DNA of 64,000 nucleotides from Symsagittifera roscoffensis (GCF_963678635.1 NC_087064.1:46113437-46177436), one strand, 5' to 3'; positions 50,801 to 64,000 are shown, counted from the stretch's first letter. Notes: generated by a model from the sequence alone, not told the origin. Numbers and translations: made by a program.

Positions 50801-53232
50801 AGACGCAACTGCGTGGGTCGTTGGACACGGGAGCCGTCTTGAATGTAATACCAATTGAAACTTGGAGAAAAATGGGATTCGACAAAGACGACTTGATTGA
50901 CTCAAGAATACTGCTGTCAGCATCAAACAAGGGTAAGGCAGCACACTAATAATAGCCCTAAATCTGGGGGAAAGCACTTTGTGGATGAGCTTTCTGGTGG
51001 TGGAGAATCTAAATGAGTCTGACCAATTCTTTTTAGGCAGAGATTTTATCAGGAATTTCGATGTACCAATTGATCTTAACAATGCGATGTTCAGGATTCG
51101 AAACCCGGAAAGGAAGTACGTAATTAAACCGCTAAATTTGATAATGGCGAATGAAAATAAGGCTCCAGTTTTGTTGAGTAGGAGAGTAAGGCTGAAAGCG
51201 AATGAGGCGTCAATAGTAAGTTTGCGTATGAAAAACTATAATGAACTAAGTGACAATAAACAAGTATTTAAGGTACCGAACCCAAACAGTCAAAGTGCTG
51301 CTATTTTAAGAAGATCCTTCTCGATAACCAAGAGTGTCCTCTGCGTCAGTGTCTTGTTGAATACCCTTGTTATACCAATCACAATCCAGAGGGGGAGGAA
51401 GCTGGAATACGCATTTCCCGTGAAAACCAGACATAAAAGGACTGAAAATGTGAAAGAAAATGAAGTTCTTGATTGCCCAAATCATAGGGATAAAATTTGT
51501 ATCTTGAGAAGATTGAAGAAAATAAAATATTCATCAGGTCTTGAGAAGTCACTTAAGTCAGCGGCAGACGATGGACTTTCGAGCTATTCTAATTTTCCAG
51601 AAAGACCCACACTAGAGGAATCGGAAATGGATAAACCAGTATTACCAGAAAATTGACACCTAAAGGGAAAACTAACAGACGAACAGCTCGAAGCCATCAA
51701 GGATGTTTTAGGTACGATTCAGGATGTTTTTTTGGTATGGTACATAAGGCAGACATCGGATGAGGCATATGACCCGCAACAAATCGGATGCATGTAGAAA
51801 AGAGATAGAGACCCTACTAGAGTATGTCATGATAGAACCATCCAAATCACCGTGGAGAAGTGGAGCAGAGATGGCTAATAAGAAAGAAGACAAACTTAGG
51901 TTTTGTTGTGATTTTCGATATCTGAACTCCGTCACGGTGAAGGATGCCTATCCCATACCTAGGATAGATGAGATTCTTTCAAAAATAAGTGACGCCAAAT
52001 TTTTTAAACAATTTTCTAGGGTCGACTTTTTGGCAGGTACCATTGAGGAAACAGGACAGGGACAAGACGGGTTTCGCATGCGAGCTGGGATTGTTTCAAG
52101 AAAAAAGGACGCCCTTTGGCCTTTGCAATGCGGCAGCCACCTTCCAACGACTGATGGCACAAGCACTGACAAGCGTAACAAAGAAAAACGGCAATTTGGT
52201 AATGTGCTACGTAGATGACGTGGTGATTGCAACACCTACCCTGGAGGGCCACATTGAACGACTAGACGAGGTTTTTGCTTGCATGAAGACAGCAGAACTC
52301 AAATGCAAGCCATCGAAGTGTGAGATTCTGAAGGGCTCGATTAAATACCTGGGGAGAATGGTGGATAAATATGGCATAAGACCAGACCCGGACGCGGTAG
52401 ATGCAGTACTACCTTGGAAATCGCTAAAAACAGAACACCAGTTGATGAGCTTCTTGGGTTTTGCGAATTACTACAGGGAGTCCATCAAATGCTATGCAGA
52501 CAAAGAATATCCAATGCAACAACTCATGAGGCACAAGGGAAAAAATTCACGTGGAATAACACGGCAGAAGAGTCATTTCAAGGAATAAAGAAAGAACTGT
52601 GTGAAGCACCTGTGCTAGGCATGCTGACAAAAAAAGGAATGTACGTGTGGGATACCGATCTATCAGTAGTAGCGATCTCTGGCATACTCCATCAAGAACG
52701 AGAGTGGAACGGAAAGACAGTGTTGAGACCGATCACCTACGGGAGAAAAGTCTTGAGTGATACCGAAATAAATGAAGTACAGAGCACTCAAAGCGGAGAT
52801 GTTTGCGGTCGTCAGTTTTGAGGAAAAATACAGGACATACCTGGGTAGCGAACCATTCAAGCAACGGGTTGACAACAGATCACTTAGTTGGTTGAAAACT
52901 TGTTCAATGAACCAGAGTTACATCGGGAGATGGATAGTGCGGCTGGATGGTTACAACATGATCATTGAACACAGAACAAGGGACAAGCACCAAAATGCTG
53001 ACAGCTTGAGCAAGAAGACGGAATTCTACAAGAGACAGGAGCAAAGGGAGGCTGATAGACCGGAGATCAAAGATGGCTTCTCTTTTGTGGACAAGGAAAC
53101 ATGTGACAGCCTACCGCTCACGAGATGGTTAAATAAGTCAGGAAAACCAAAAGAGAACCATCCCGAGTTACCAACTGAACACAAAGCAAAAAACAAATTA
53201 TCAAAATAAATTTGGGGGTGCCGATGGAAATA
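47880..53232 (+). repeat. Internal tandem duplication in copy 3: two about 2.68-kb units (about 47880-50553 and 50554-53232) covering protease, RT and RNase H
   Basis: Paired near-identical ORFs at 48300-48977 and 50979-51656, 49304-49573 and 51989-52588, 49948-50601 and 52414-53209. The junction motif acacagaagcctatggtccgcatgaggtcatgttgaacatag occurs at 47890 and 50565. Confidence 0.8.
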
Positions 53233-54253
53233 ATACCTCAAGTCCAAGATGGAAACGCTGAAGACAAAAGGCTACGACCTCGACGAAGTGGAAGCAGGAA
53301 AAGTGACGGTAGGAGATGATCTAAGGAGACTACTCGAGAGACTAGCAGACGACAATCCTCTGGTCTCGGAAAGTGGTAATGACAGACCGGAAGTCACCAT
53401 ATTGAAAAGAGGGGAAGTGAAATACGACGGAGACACGATTAAAGGCAGGGAGCCAGAGAATAAGGAGGTCGTGCGGACAATAGTCGAGAGAATTACGGAA
53501 GAAGTACTCAGGCGGACGACGATAAGAAAAAAGAGAGTGTCGTTCAAGGAGGAAGTTGAACACCGTGGACTAGATCAAGAGTCTGGGGAGTGACCAAAAC
53601 CAGGAAGAGATGGCGAGGAAGAGAATTTGTGCGGGGAGCCGGACGTATGGGATGATGGTTCGGAGGAGAGTGACGATGAGCAAGACAGTTTTTGCACAAT
53701 ATTAGCTGAAGAAAAAATGAGGTACCACGACAGGGAGTTGCAAACAGACCCCTCGTCGGGGACGTACAACCTGGAACATGATGACGCGTATGGAGGGTTA
53801 GAGCTTGAGAAGATAGCAGTGTAAAGAAAACCATTCAGGGAGCTATCCTGCAATTTGAGCATCAGGACGAATCTAGAACCAGAGGACGACAGGGAGGTCT
53901 TGAGAAGGATAGTTTGTGTGAAGCTTAATGACGACATCCACAATCCGGGAGAGCTGAATGGTCAAATGATGGGATTAAAGGAACACGTCAAAACGAGACA
54001 CAGGCTGTCGGATCTGATACGAGCCCAGGAGATTAATAAATTGACGAGTAACCTCTCAAAATGGATTACAGAGGGAGTGAAAGAGAAGGGAGACCTGGAG
54101 GAGGATAGTTACAAGATCTTGAGCCAGTTCTACAAAGAGAAAGGAATTACTCTATCACACAGCTGATGGCGTGGTAGCCTGTAGGAGAAAAGACGAAGAA
54201 AAATTCTACACAATCATAACCTCATCATTCTACCTCATCTATACCAAACAGAA

Positions 54254-54902
54254 GTGTTGTTCAGATCGCATGACCAAATGGGACATCAGGAGATAAACCA
54301 GGTACAACAAAGAATACTACACAGTCTTGATTGGCCAGGGCTGAGAAAGACTTGTGAAAGATGGGTGAAGGCATTTCTGTCGTGCTTGCAGGTGAAGGAT
54401 CCTAGCAAAATGAAGTTCCCTCTTGAGTCTGTGGAAAGCTCGAAGTTTAATGAGGTCGTGCAGATAGACCATCAAAAGATCTGCATGACCGACTCGGGAT
54501 ATAACCAGATACTAGCAACTATAAATCATTTTACGAAACTGGCAAAAGCTGTACCATGTCACACGGGCTCGGCGGAAAACACTTATGATTTCTTGATAAC
54601 GCACTGGATATCACGATATGGTTGTCCGATGACATTCCAATCGGACAATGGGAAGGCATTCGTGGAGGACCTGAAAAAAGAACCAATGAGAAGATCCCAC
54701 ATTGCACAGGATCATTCAACGACCTACCTTCCACAAATGAATGGATTAGTTGAGAGACAGAACAGGACACTAGTTAAAATGCTCCGGGTGTATTGCTCGA
54801 GATATATGACCGACTGGGAGAAATATCTGCCGCATGTGTTAGGAGCGTATAAAAGCACGCAACATTCGACAACGGGGATCAGTCCCTTCATGATGTTAAC
54901 AG

Positions 54903-54949
<47 letters not shown>

Positions 54950-55114
54950 AAGAGAGCGATGCCCCTGACCTTCTTCTATCCGGAATATGAGGGAAAGAAA
55001 ACGTCGCCTCAGGCTTATGTGAAGGAAGCAGTCAGGAGACAACAGGAATTGAACGAGCTGTGCAGAAGGAACACAGCACAGGCACAGATGAGACAGCGGA
55101 AAAAGTACGACTAA
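54254..55114 (+). pseudogene. Copy 3 integrase core with an in-frame (GA)n expansion encoding RERERERERERERK
   Basis: DDE motifs (QSDNGKAF, LPQMNGLVER); microsatellite at 54904-54952. Confidence 0.75.
54904..54952. repeat. (GA)n microsatellite inside the integrase coding sequence of copy 3
   Basis: agagagagag... about 24 units. Confidence 0.9.
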
Positions 55115-55915
55115 AAAATATTTCAAGCAGAGCCGCATGCTGTGGGACAATACGTCTGGGTGCTCAAGAACATCGTACCTCTAAAAGGGACAAAAAAACT
55201 ATTGAAGAAATGGAGTGGGCTGTTTATGATAACGGAAGTGCACCAGCAGGGTCGGTTCCTTCGCTTGAGTACTGGGCGTGCGGCGCACTACGAAAACCTG
55301 AAACTTCCCGTCCCATCACCGGAAGACTGGTGCGTACCACAGTACATGGAAAGACTCGAGTATCTACTGGTAGAACCAGCATGTGAGGTAAACGAGAAAC
55401 GCACCAGAGAAAAGAATGATGTCAATGAGAACGTGAGCATGGATGACAACAAAAAAATAGAGTTGGATTCGGACGAAAGAGCTTTTGCCGATCAAAATTG
55501 AAATGAACCAGAGCAAAACGAGGTACCAAAATGGACGGAACCGGATTTACAAATGACGAAAGAAACCAGAAAAGGTGGGCGTAAGAAGACAGTCATGAGA
55601 TACAACAGATATGGTGATGACTTCTTGATCGACAAGATACAGCCGGACGAGATAGGAGAAGAGTTGGTGAATATGGGTGAGCTGGTAGCCAATGAGGAAT
55701 GGTAGATCATAAACGACAGTGAGCACTCCTTGCAAGAAAATTACACCACGCCAGAAAGGGAAGTGGACCTAGAACAAAGCGAGACTGAAAGAAGGGAAAA
55801 CACCAACCTGAGGATACTGGAGTGGATGCATAACCTTGAGGCTGATGATCATGAGGCGCAAAGCATCCAGCAAGTCGACGTATTCGTAAAGAAAGATGTC
55901 AAATCGTAGAAACCA

Positions 55916-56622
55916 TTGATCGGTTGGACAGCCACTGACCGGCCATTGGAAATACTACCGGATAACTTGAGTCAAGTACCATCGACGGGGACGTCGATAA
56001 ATATTTTTGTCCGGGGAGTGGGGGTAGGACTTACCCACGCCGAAAATTTAATGATAAAGAAGCTCAGAGAAATGAGAGAGACCAACGGCCTGGAGCTGGA
56101 TCAGGAGGGGGCTGAGCCTACCATTGGAAGAATTTTCAAGACTTAGTTCGAGATTCGAAATGAGTATTCGGAGAACATCCTGATCACAGACAGCGACTTC
56201 ATCTTGTCAGATAAGACCAGCGCGATCCGCATAACAGCGGACATGAGCTTCAATACTAGACTGTTTGCCGACTTCAAAAGAGCATACCAGAACATGGAGT
56301 TTCTGTTCAGACATAGACCGGGGTTGGGGGAATGGCAGCACACCGTCCTTCAGTTTCACAAGTTCCCGGTAAATACCTGTACTTTTTGGTGACGACAGTC
56401 AGTGAAAGAAACATGATAGACCCCGAGCACGTGATATTAGCACTAACAAGGTTGAGAGACTTCCTGGTCGAAAGAGGGATACGAGAGGTTTCAATGCCGG
56501 TCTACAATCCGAACATGGGCAGATTGAATCCTAGGGAGCTATACGCTATCCTTCACGTGGTCTTCGCGGAAACGGAAATAATGGTACATCTACACAAGAA
56601 GTACTACTTGAGTATCACCTGA
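55916..56622 (+). pseudogene. Copy 3 post-integrase C-terminal domain (two frames)
   Basis: GVGVGLTHAENLMIKKL..., ...PVYNPNMGRLNPRELYAILHVVFAETEIMVHLHKKYYLSI. Confidence 0.7.
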
Positions 56623-56950
56623 GCTTTGGATAGACGTAAGGGTCTTGAGCTAGGTAAGAGGGGAACACGAGTCAGGCAGATGGGTTTTAATGTGATTAGC
56701 ATGACAATTGAATCTTATAAAGGATTGATGGTGCTAAAACGTAATATAAATCTGCATGTTTTTCACGTCTAAATTGAACAATTTTTTGGAGTTATTAGGA
56801 TAATGTTTTAAAGGTATTGAGGGGGGAGGTTTAGGATTAGACACGAGTGGGAGATATCTTGGTTTAAAACTGAATTCTAAATCACAGTTGGACGAGTAAG
56901 GGAAAGAAGAAACTTCACACAGTTCTTCATTGTTGGTGCCAGAGGAAGGT

Positions 56951-57050
56951 ACTTCTTGAGTTTGACTAGGTCAGGCACTTCTTGAGTTTGACTAGGTAAT
57001 GTATCTCTTGAGTTTGACTAGGTAAGGTACTTCTTGAGTTGGTGGTTTGT
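56951..57050. repeat. Tandem repeat x4 (about 23-26 bp) in the pol-ORF3 spacer of copy 3
   Basis: ggtacttcttgagtttgactaggt variants. Confidence 0.8.
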
Positions 57051-57091
57051 GGGATGAAGAAAAGCAGCAATGACAGATCGCTTCGAAGTCT

Positions 57092-57844
57092 GTGCCAGCA
57101 GCGTTCAGGAAACCCGCACTCGACGAGTTGTACAAGCGCTTGAGAGACCTCGTTTACACGCAGGTGGATGAGAGGCTAGCGGTTATGCTTAATGCCATCC
57201 TGCAACTGGAGGCGCAAGGGGAGTGCAGGGAATCAGCGACTGAAGCCGTGTTAATGGCGGGTTACACCTCGGATGGAGTCTCGAACCAGGAGCAGACCAG
57301 ATGGCTATCCTGGATTGTGGATGGAGGCCTGAGAGGATTTGACTTTGCGAGAAGTCCTGGCTTGAGTAACACTACGGAGTAAGGAGCGGGGGAATTTCCC
57401 CTTCCAACCAGACCACCAGCAGGGGCAGGGACCCAATCCACCAGCAAACCAACATCGATGTTCCGGTCACAACAAACGGAAGAGTCATACCCAGATCTCA
57501 GCAGCATGAAAAGAGAGTTAGAAAGGGCCCAAAGGGAACGGGAAAAGGCAAATCTGGATAAAGACCAAGCGGTTCTCGATAGGGATCAAGCCAAGCTTGG
57601 CCGCGACCAGGCAATACTTGAGCGATACAAGGCCATTCTTGACCGGGACCTGCTGAGGGCAGAACGAGAGCAAAAGCAGAGACTACAAGAAAGTATGGCA
57701 AATTGCGATCAGATAAAGTCGGAAATTGAACGACTACAAAGAAGGCAGCAAGCAGTCGCGAGTGGCAAGGAGAAGAAGAGGACGACGACTGAGACAGTAG
57801 TGACCATGAGCATATGCCCAAGAGCGTGGCCCAAGATCATATGA
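57092..57844 (+). pseudogene. Copy 3 ORF3 N-domain (57092-57382) and coiled coil (57458-57844)
   Basis: Homologous to the copy 1 ORF at 13968-15047. Confidence 0.75.
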
Positions 57845-58014
57845 ATGAAGTTCTGGAGGCAAGGAGCCTGTCCCTTCCATGAGGATTCCAGAGGCATGTC
57901 AAATCAGACCACTAAGGGAGGCTCTTGAGAACGCAGCGCGTGAGGAACAACCAATCACCTGGAGAGAAAATCCAGTGAGGAGCGTCATGATCTCGAAATA
58001 CAAGAAGAACACTG

Positions 58015-58629
58015 ATGGCGCATACCACCGACATAATCGGGAGGACTGGACGCCTTCCAGAGAGAGAAGGGAGAGAGAAACGAGAGAGAAGGGATGCCTT
58101 CCACGACGCCGCTTGGACAGAATACTTCGTGCAGGCGAGAATACCCGAATGCACAGTGCACTTGATTATAGTGGACAGTCTCGTCCAGGTCTTGACGAGG
58201 ATCCAGGCCCATTGGCAAGTGGGAGTCTTGAGTTTCTCGGGCGCAGCGATGCCCCAGATTTTGGCGTCCCTAGAGATGCTGGAGATGGGAAAGATGTACA
58301 CGGTCATAGTGATGATGGGAACCATCGACGTGTCCAGGGGCGAGTCAAGAAAAATGATGAGGCTACAAGACAAAGTGAGTTGCATTCTTGAGGAGCTGAG
58401 AATTTATCTGGAACCAGCAGTACATACCATATGCACCGTCCCCTACAACATGATGGCCGACCAGAACGCGAGGGAGATGATTGAAAGAGTGCGGAATATC
58501 AATGAGATAATCAGGCAAACTCAACAGAGAAGTGTACTGCCCATGAGAGTGCTTGACGTAGCAAGAGTGATGAAAGAATCCCTTCCGGAGAAATCATCCT
58601 CGGATGGCATCCACTTCGATAGGCCTTGA
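58015..58629 (+). pseudogene. Copy 3 ORF3 SGNH/GDSL hydrolase domain, complete in one frame (VDS, SFSGAA, GTID, DGIHFD)
   Basis: Blocks I, II, III and V are colinear; the frame is contiguous with the coiled-coil C-terminus (..TWRENPVRSVMISKYKK..). Confidence 0.75.
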
Positions 58630-58697
58630 GGCTCGGAGTGGCTGAACGGCGTCTTCCAGAGACACATAGATTTCCTTGAGTCGGATCTGGTGGAGAC

Positions 58698-61600
58698 TTG
58701 TCAATTCAACTTTGGTCCACCCCGATATCTTCCTTCTTCTCAGCCAGGTCCGTGGCTGATCGCTTGGGGAGAAGGATTGACTCTAGAGGGAACTCAACCA
58801 GCAGCAAAACCAGACAGTTGAGGTCGACACCCATGGAGGAAGACGAGGCGGAGTCTTATACACCCCAGAGCTCGGTTGTGTCGTCAGTAGTGAAGATGGA
58901 CAACAAGAAGAAAGTGGAAGCAGGCAGAACCCGATACTTGGAACGAGTGAAGGATCTGGACCTCGAGGATCTGGCCTGCAGGCAAGAGTTTACGGAGGTC
59001 TTGGGGCTCAAGAGTCTGTCACACGAGGACTTGAGTAATCGGTATTGTGTGGATTGGCTGAAGGCGCACTTATCTCGAGCCAAGTCACTGGAGACGACGG
59101 ACTTGACGGAGATTCCCCAAAAATCTAAAATGGGACCAATCAATTACAGACCTCTCAAGGAACTGGAAAGTCCAGGCCTCATAGTGGAGCCTCCCAAGCA
59201 TCGAACCAGTATATCCAGTATCAGAGTGGCGATTCCCGCGCAGCTGAGGGCGGTGGACAAGCTTCTTGAGCCGATGAGCATGGGGCTTCCTGACACGGCG
59301 TACATGGGTGCAAAACTTGTGGAAGACCCAAGGTATGGGACACCCTGTGGAACTTCACAGCTGGGCAAGATGTTGACAGTTTATGATCAATCGGATCGTG
59401 GAGCTGCGAGAGCAATCATTGTGGCGGGATCGGACTTCGAGGAGTCGTCACCGAAGTTGCTTTGACCAGAGAACTTGGTGTACTTACTGCCGGGAGCAGA
59501 GTTGAACCGTTTGCAGCAATGAATGAGGTGCAGGAACTGGTAGCGTCCCGATTGGGATGGAAAACAAAAGTGGTATTCGCGTCACCACCAGGCTAAGCAG
59601 GCATGCCACCTGCTTTGCAGTTCGTATATGCCAAGTTGATTCTGATTGCGGAGGGAAATGGATGGCAGATACTGATGGCGGCCCGGAATCGTGAGCTAGA
59701 GCCAGTGAACTTGAGACTTCTAAAGTCGGAGGTGGCAGCAGCGTGGGCGGATGTGTCCCACGCTCTAAGGGGCTTTTACGAGCTTGCGGATATCTTGATC
59801 GTTTTGGATGAGGTCCTTTGTCTGAAGGTGTCGAACCTTCAACCCAGAGGTAGGGGATGACCATCCTGTGATAGTTCATCTGACAGCCAGCCTGTTGTTT
59901 CGGAGTATGGACCTGACAATTACGAGCTCCACTAGTAGGGTGAGGGGGACCAAACAACGAGAGGACGAATGTGGCTGCAGCCGAAAAGCAAGTGGAGTCG
60001 ATGGCATATCGTCTAACGCAAGAGAGAGGGAGATGGCCCTTCCTGACCCCGAAACTTGAGAACGTAACGGACAAAACGAGAGAGAGTGCTCCACCGCTGG
60101 TGAAGAAGAAAAGATGGGAGTTTCTGGAGGAACAGCTGGAAGTGGCAGAAAAGAGAGAGATGACGGTGAGGAAATTCGTCACGGCAGCAAATGAGGTCGC
60201 TATCGGAGGCTTCTGAAGGGAGTATGCGAAAGGCGAACTGGGGACCCGTCTGTCGCACGAGATCTTGAGATTCTTGAGTCCATGTTGGCAGATGAAGTAC
60301 ATGGACAAAGTGTTCTATGCGGGAAATACGATTTTCGAGGCGTTTGTTCGAGAACTCTTGAGTATGCCAAACAACCTCTTACTGAGCTTGTACCTGGTAT
60401 ACCCCAGGTACTTGTTCAACATGGGCCCGGCATATATATTTAGCAAAGATGTGGAGACGCTCCGAGTCGACGGGTACTCGACTAATGAAATATGGGGAAC
60501 CCCTATCGGCGAGGAAGGCCACCCTAGTGCAGAGACTTACTCCTACAAGTGTTCTGCCGGACTGAAGACGCTACTGGTGGAGTATCTCTTGATGCAGAAG
60601 CGGCATTTGACAGGAGAAGAAGGAAGTGCAAAGACTAGAGAAGAAGTGATGGAGGCAAATGGAGACATACTTCTCCTAAACATCTTGTGCGTGGCCGTGA
60701 GATCTGATCCTATGTCGATGAACATGGAGCTGGGAGAGGTGGTGACCTGTGTCTACGGGCCAGCTGTGACGTACGCCTTCCCGGATCCGCTTGTGGCAGC
60801 GTACCGACACTCAGTAGTGCACGTGAGTTTAATCAGCGTTCTGGATAGAACGGCACTGAACTGGTGAAGACAGGATGACTTGAGAGCGCGAATGAGTGAA
60901 ACAGTACTTTTCGGTAAAATAAAGTACCCAGAGCTACTACTGCTGACTTTCAGAGGTCAATCGCAATGCATGATGGGGGGAAACGAGAAATTCCCATCGA
61001 AGTATATCCGAAATTCTGGAACTGGAATCTAGTAGCAAGAGACACGAGGAATCCCGGCGTGGACGAAGAGCTTCGAAACCGCAAAGAGCGGGCTGGAAAC
61101 ATTACTCGAGCGGGACGTGTTACTCGCCGCGATTCCCGAGTTCCCGACGGTGAGGTGGATGACGTTGGGATTGAATAGTACCATGGTAGTCCCTTCCCTA
61201 TATGCGAGAGCAACGGTGGAGCAGCAGCAGAAGATGTTCACGGACAGCTGGTACCCCTTGTTAATCGGCTTTTCGGCAGCAGTATATTTCCGTACCTGTG
61301 AAATCAAGATAAATTCGTGGAATATGCAAGCAAAGAAGTTGCAGTGTTCGATGCCTCCAAAGTATGAGGTTCGAGAAGTTCTGAAGAAGCTTGAGAAGGC
61401 AGGGTTCGAGAGTAGGTTGCCAATCTATGACGACGGAAGAATGAAGGATGAAATGAAGCTCAGCACGAGAAAACATCTGGCACCTTATGGATTGCAAGAA
61501 GTGGAGTTGCGACAGGAGGGACGGAAATTGGATGCAGCAGGAGTTTTGTACGTACTCCTCACTGAATATAAGGTAGCGGATCCAACAACACCTTTATTCC

Positions 61601-63724
61601 TGTCAGTGGGAACCCCAGGAGACAAGAAAAATCTTCACAGATTCACAGAAGCACCTGAGAGGCATCAAGCCGAGTCAGGAGAGGGAGAAAGCATGGACGA
61701 AACCTTCAGCGAGGCTGGAGAAGAAATGTAAAAGGACACTACGCCCGAGGAAGGGGCAACGAACATGGATTTCAGTCCCGGCACTGCACATGAGCTACTG
61801 CAAGATTTGAGTGGGGATGACTGGGCGAACATGGCCACCCCATTTGGGGTCTGCCCGGAAGAATCTTGAGCTGCCACTAGCGAGTGAACCATCCAACATG
61901 GAAATAGTGCTCCTGACCGATGTAAGGGAGAAGAATACCTTTGAAGGCAATAAAAAACGTTCTTGAGCACGCTAGACGAGGAGGCGTGGCATAGTTTCTT
62001 GAGCGAGTTCAACCAGAGAGTGGAGAACAAGGCTAAAGTGGACAAATTCAAGGAAGAACTGAGGGACATAGTGGTGAAGTTTGGAGAACCTGTCCTGATA
62101 GGCACTGGACTGGATCAGAAAGTGAGGAAAGAGCTGCTTGAGAAGATGATCGGCCGAATACAGGGGCCGACCATGTAAAGATAGCTCAACTCTGAACAAA
62201 AAAATTTGATGCTAAAAAAGTTAGTGTCGAAATTGATGATAAAAACAAAACTAATAATACAATTAAAGATACTAATATTCTTGTAGCTAGAGAAAGAGGA
62301 GGCAAGAGTCGGAGAGAGGAGATCTGGACAAAGCAGTCGAGTCTGTAATGGTAGTCACGACGCTCCCGAGTAGAAGAGTAAGGTCTAGGAAGAGAAAACG
62401 GGAAGCAGCAGAGGCAAGTCCTTCGGCGGAAGTGGTTTCAGAAAAGAACTTGAAGTAAATGGCTCCCATGATTCTGGCGCGATGGAAGACAGCGGCCTAC
62501 AAGGGCGGCTCGGCAGCCAGGAGGTTGACTGAGGTGTTAGTCGAAGTGGAGGCCTCAACGACTCCAAGGAAGGAAGAAGAATTCAAACCTCAGAAGGCGA
62601 ACGCGAAGAGGGGCTCCACCAGTGGACAATTGTGGGAAGTGGATATCCGTAAAGAATGGATCTCGACACACCACCAGGCTACTGGGAAGCAAGACACAAA
62701 CGACCATCTTGAGAGAAGTGAGACGAGGATCACCGCTCGTCCTGGATGGATAGCCTTGGAGACCACAAACTTGAAAGGACTCGATCGTAGAGCATCCCGG
62801 AAGCGCCGAAATTGAGCTACCCAACAAAGGGCTGCAGTTAACAAACTCGGGCGAACTTGGGAAAACATGCTGCTGGAGTATTTTGAAGATGCGATGAGAG
62901 CACCCTCCTCGGCACCATCATTAATGGCAAATCCTTCTGTCAGAACAGCAGGACAGGTGCTGTTCTCATGGAGCTTGGCTGGAGTGGCGTTAGAAGCGTT
63001 GACTTCGTATGACAAACTCAAACTGGGCAATCAGGGTTTGCATGTGTACCAAATTTTGGTGCCCAAATTGCTCGAGATAACTCGGGATTGAGTCTAGCGA
63101 GGAGGAAAGATACCACCTGTTTCTTGAGATGGATCATGTCAGTGATGTCTGACACCACCACCGTCCAGACGTGCCACCAGAGAGCGATAGGAAGAGAACA
63201 GTGGAGAGGAGAGCCTCCACCTTCATCCTGAGCACTGGGATTGCCAGGGGAGATGGCTCAAGGCTGTCTCTAGAGAACCATGGAAAACTTGATGAAAAAC
63301 GGAGGTTCTCCAACAAGAAATTCGGCGAGTATCATGACGTGCATCGCAACCTGGCTCTGGCAGAAGACTACTCAAGGCCCACGAAACAAGGAGAATATCA
63401 ATATGTGTCTGGAGTGATGGGGATAGCTTACAACCCTTTCTTGGACTACTGGTGCAGTATCTCTTGATGCAGAACCGGCATTTGACAGGGGAAGAAGGAA
63501 GTGCAAAGACTACAGAAGAAGTGAGGGAGGCAAATGGAGGCATACCTCTCCAAAACATCTTGTGCTTGGCCGTGAGATCTGATCCCTTGTCGATGAACAT
63601 GGGGCTGGGAGGGGTGGTGACCTGTGTCTACGGGCCAGCTGTGACGTACGCCTTCCCGGATCCGCTTGTGGCAGCGTACCGACACTCAGTAGTGCACGTG
63701 AGTTTAATCAGCGTTCTAGATTGA
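58698..63724 (+). pseudogene. Copy 3 ORF3 body: multiple frameshifted fragments, reordered, with an about 0.6-kb segment present twice (about 60500-61140 and about 63440-64000)
   Basis: ORFs at 58698-59465, 60265-60867, 61117-61731 and 62459-62815 align to successive parts of the copy 1 ORF at 8780-13603. ORFs 62867-63091 and 63171-63467 align to the start of the copy 1 ORF at 6170-8773. ORF 63452-63724 repeats 60265-60867. Confidence 0.7.
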
Positions 63725-64000
63725 ACGGAATTGAACTGGCGAAGACAGGAGGACTTGAGAGCTTGAATGAGTGAAACAGTAATTTTCGGGAAAATAAAGT
63801 ACCCAGAGCTACTACTGCTGAACTTCAGGGATCAATTGCAATGCATGATGGGGAGAAACGAGAGGTTCCCATCGAAGTATATCCGACATTCTAGAACTAG
63901 AATCTAGTAGCAAGAGACACGAGGGATCCCGGCGTGGACGAAGAGCTTCGAGATCGCAAAGAGCGAGCTGGAAACATTACTCGAGCGGGACGTGTTACCC

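Larger units (their letters stand above)
45740..64000 (+). mobile_element. LTR retrotransposon copy 3 (plus strand): same gag-pol-ORF3 family, heavily decayed, with a 2.68-kb internal tandem duplication. It runs off the window end
   Basis: PBS at 46246-46260 and a leader 46262-47350 that is the reverse complement of copy 1 leader 25480-26600. Homologs of all copy 1 ORFs occur in the same order. Confidence 0.8.

Overview
This 64-kb window is a nest of eukaryotic (animal-type) retroelements. I found no convincing host gene, tRNA, rRNA or CRISPR array.

The core is three copies of a giant Ty3/Gypsy-like LTR retrotransposon family. Downstream of gag-pol it carries an extra ORF3 of roughly 2,950 codons. 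ORF3 has a conserved N-terminal domain, a coiled coil, an SGNH/GDSL hydrolase domain, and about 2,400 aa in which I recognise no known domain. This is the likely novel system.

- Copy 1 (minus strand, 4857-27506, 22.65 kb) has 884-bp LTRs that are about 99.5% identical. They begin TGTAAC and end GGCACA. The copy has a 3-bp target-site duplication (AAT), a PBS, a PPT and near-intact ORFs. The ORFs are broken only by three TGG-to-TAG stops and two 1-bp deletions.
- Copy 2 (minus strand, 4371-39529) lacks gag and has an internal deletion in ORF3. It has 883-bp LTRs of a different sequence but with the same termini, PBS and PPT. Copy 1 is inserted into its 3' LTR.
- Copy 2 in turn sits, with a 3-bp duplication (GCC), inside ORF1 of a CR1-like LINE ('LINE-B'). 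LINE-B has an SGNH-esterase upstream ORF, a PHD plus RRM-like ORF1, an in-frame TGA, an APE-RT ORF2 and a (CAA)n tail.
- Copy 3 (plus strand, about 45740 to the window end) is degraded. It has a 2.68-kb internal tandem duplication, an in-frame (GA)n expansion in integrase, and a scrambled and duplicated ORF3 region.

The window also holds a 5'-truncated CR1-like LINE fragment (1-1590) and partial tandem and inverted Penelope-like element copies (43.56-45.72 kb) carrying RT and GIY-YIG endonuclease domains.

Coordinates of LTR and target-site-duplication junctions were read by hand and may be off by 1-2 nt. ORF coordinates are taken from the supplied track.
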